Source of the DNA: Thermoanaerobaculia bacterium
GTDB taxonomy: Bacteria > Acidobacteriota > Thermoanaerobaculia > Multivoradales > UBA5704
Assembly: GCA_044226625.1 (NCBI GenBank)
Contig: JBGAGQ010000027.1
Coordinates: forward strand, 1-64,000
Direction: 5' to 3'
Length of the DNA: 64,000 bases
Below the pieces are notes generated by a model. That model worked only from the letters and a program-made list of their open reading frames with translations, was not told the origin of the DNA and did not search any database. Positions 61,947 to 64,000 of the stretch are shown here, in pieces. The translations under genes and the position numbers were made by a program. The first letter of the stretch is position 1. The number at the start of each line of letters is the position of its first letter.

Positions 61947-63398
61947 CTACGACGCGCCGCGGCCGAGCAGGACGACGGGGATCGTCTTGAGCAGAATCTT
62001 GAGGTCGAGCGACGGCGACCAGGAGTCGATGTATTCGAGGTCAAGCTCCATCCAGCGATCGAAGTCGACGTTGTTGCGGCCGCTGATCTGCCAGAGGCAG
62101 GTGAGCCCCGGCTTCATCGATAAGCGACGACGCTGCCAGCGTTGGTAGCGCGCGACCTCGTCGGGAATCGGCGGGCGGGGACCGACCAGGCTCATGTCGC
62201 CGCGCAGCACGTTCCAGAACTGGGGCAGCTCGTCGAGGCTGAACTTGCGGAGGAATCGGCCGATCCAGGTGACGCGCGGGTCGCTCCGAAGCTTGAACAC
62301 CGGGCCGTTCATCTCGTTGAGGTGCATCAGCTCGCCTTGCTGCTCCTCGGCGCCCACCACCATCGTTCGGAACTTGTAGAGCGTGAACGCACGTCCGTTC
62401 AAACCGCACCGCGTCTGACGGAAGAGCACCGCTCCCCCCGAGGTGAGCTTGATCAGGAGAGCCACCCCGGCGGCGATCGGGATTCCGAGGACCAAGAGCG
62501 TCGACGCCACCACGATGTCGAGGGCGCGCTTGGTCATCAGCTGGAGCGGGTTGGTCGGCGCGGTGGCGAACGAGACGAGCGGCATCCCGTCGAGGTCTTC
62601 GAGCTCCACCCGCGCCCGCGTGTGGGGAAAGAGGTTCATCGCGAAGCGGGTGCGGATCCCCTGTTCCTGCAGCGACAGGAACAGGTCCTCCAGTCGATCG
62701 AGCTCTTTGCGGTGGACGGCAAAGATCACGTCGTCGACCACCTGGGTCTCGACGATCCCTGGGATGTCTTCGATCCTTCCGACGATCCGATAGCGTCGCG
62801 GCCAGTCCGGCGGCAGCGGCTCGTTCTCGACGAAGCCGAGGATGCGATACCCCCAGAATCGATGCTGATCGAGCGAGTCGGCGATCTGGACCGCGCTCGA
62901 GTTCGTCCCGACGATCAGCACCGTCCGGTAGTTGAACCCCCGACTTCGGACGTAGCGCGAGGTGAGGCGGACGCCGATCTTTTCCGACAGGAGGAAAAGC
63001 AGCGAGAAGATCGCGAACAGCAGTACCCACGACCGGCTTACCCGGTCCGAGCCGAGGATCTCCTCGTCGATGCGCAAGGCGTAGAGCGAGAGGGTGAAGA
63101 TCACCGAGCCCGAGACGCAGATTCGGATGATTGCCCACGCCTCGTCGAGCAGAGGCACGGTGCGATGCGAGCGGTAGCGTCCCGAGGAGAGGAGCAGGAC
63201 GCCCCAGATCAGCAGGGCGAGGGGCAGGAGTGGCAGGTAGGCCGACAGCGGATAGAGCCGGCTCGGGAACGTCTGCGGCGCGATATCGGGGAGGAGCCAG
63301 CTGCGGAACAGAAATGCACAAACGAACGCGCTGGCCACCAGGAGGAGGTCGACCACGAAGATGCCGACCGCGAGGATTCGGGCTCGTTCTTTGAGCAT
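61947..63398 (-). CDS. Polyprenyl glycosylphosphotransferase (WcaJ-like sugar transferase)
   Basis: KRALDI, YKFRTM, DPRVT..GRFLRKFSLDELPQFWNVLRGDMSLVGPRP. Confidence 0.95.
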   Translation of the reverse strand: MLKERARILAVGIFVVDLLLVASAFVCAFLFRSWLLPDIAPQTFPSRLYPLSAYLPLLPLALLIWGVLLLSSGRYRSHRTVPLLDEAWAIIRICVSGSVIFTLSLYALRIDEEILGSDRVSRSWVLLFAIFSLLFLLSEKIGVRLTSRYVRSRGFNYRTVLIVGTNSSAVQIADSLDQHRFWGYRILGFVENEPLPPDWPRRYRIVGRIEDIPGIVETQVVDDVIFAVHRKELDRLEDLFLSLQEQGIRTRFAMNLFPHTRARVELEDLDGMPLVSFATAPTNPLQLMTKRALDIVVASTLLVLGIPIAAGVALLIKLTSGGAVLFRQTRCGLNGRAFTLYKFRTMVVGAEEQQGELMHLNEMNGPVFKLRSDPRVTWIGRFLRKFSLDELPQFWNVLRGDMSLVGPRPPIPDEVARYQRWQRRRLSMKPGLTCLWQISGRNNVDFDRWMELDLEYIDSWSPSLDLKILLKTIPVVLLGRGAS

Positions 63399-63526
63399 TG
63401 CGCAGGAGTGGTCGTTCGCCGATCCGATGTCGAGTCTTGGGGATTTTAACGGATCGGGACGAAAAAGCGTCCAGACCCCACAGACCTCGGGCCCTCTTTT
63501 TTCATGCAATCATCGACTTTTACCTC

Positions 63527-64000
63527 TCAATCCTTCGAAATCTGCTCGAGCTTTCTCCCGGCGAGGCGGGCAAGGAGCGCGGCATAGCGGTCGGCGACGG
63601 CGTCCCAGCTGAACCGCTCGGCCGCCCGCGCCGCGGCCCGCCGACGTAAGGCGGCCACCTCGTCTGGGTGTGTAAGCGCCCACTCGATCTCGGCGGTGAG
63701 GGTCCCGGGGCGGTGGGCGTCGAACCGGCGGCCGGCCTCTCCCGCGACCTCGCGGTTTTCCGCCGTGTCGTGGATCAGGACGCAGTTGCCATACCCCATC
63801 GCCTCGACCAGGGCCGGGTGGGTACCCCCCACCTCGGTAGCGTGGATGTAGGCATAGGCGTTAGCCATCAGCTCGCGATATCCCTCGCCGTAGATCGGGC
63901 CGGGGAAGAGGATTCGCGGGTCGGCGTCCGCGGTGAAGCTCGCGATGAAGCCGTGGGCGTAGGGTGCCCCTCCCACCATCACGAGTGGAACGTCGAACGA
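63527..64000 (-). CDS. Glycosyltransferase family 4 (5' end beyond the window)
   Basis: EVGGTHPALVEAMG, FSWDAVADRY. Confidence 0.85.
   Translation of the reverse strand, partial: SFDVPLVMVGGAPYAHGFIASFTADADPRILFPGPIYGEGYRELMANAYAYIHATEVGGTHPALVEAMGYGNCVLIHDTAENREVAGEAGRRFDAHRPGTLTAEIEWALTHPDEVAALRRRAAARAAERFSWDAVADRYAALLARLAGRKLEQISKD

Overview
GC-rich bacterial window. The gene content (ECF/CHAT/Ser-Thr kinase modules, IPTL-CTERM protein, NtrY-DUF4390-smpB block) suggests Acidobacteriota, possibly Thermoanaerobaculia; this is an inference. 1-8.5 kb is a complete F1Fo ATP synthase operon (atpI-B-E-F-H-A-G-[four-helix bundle]-D-C). It has a ~70-aa insertion in AtpA and a four-helix-bundle gene enclosed by heptamer inverted repeats, and the same arms recur as an 'empty' hairpin between atpD and atpC. 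8.5-18 kb is a variable island: a low-GC isoprenoid cassette (UbiA + class I isoprenoid synthase fold + DedA-like), two paralogous small helical proteins each preceded by its own 21-bp-period tandem array, two extra remnants of one paralog, a vapC pseudogene, VOC, Uma2, a MenA1/MenT1-like toxin-antitoxin pair and an orphan RiPP-like precursor. 18-40 kb is rich in secreted proteins: three metallopeptidases, a lipase-like hydrolase, Cys-rich peptides, a DUF1566 protein, and two tandem 'GHRL...PIQR'-leader toxin-like proteins, one with a deaminase motif. 40-56 kb is signalling: ECF + Ser/Thr kinase, hybrid HK, GGDEF, and ECF/anti-sigma/CHAT. 56-64 kb holds AI-2E, smpB, DUF4390-NtrY and the edge of a polysaccharide locus. 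The best candidates for undescribed systems are the 21-bp-array + helical protein modules, the heptamer-hairpin/four-helix-bundle element, and the PIQR-leader effectors. All family assignments come from motif recognition; no searches were run.
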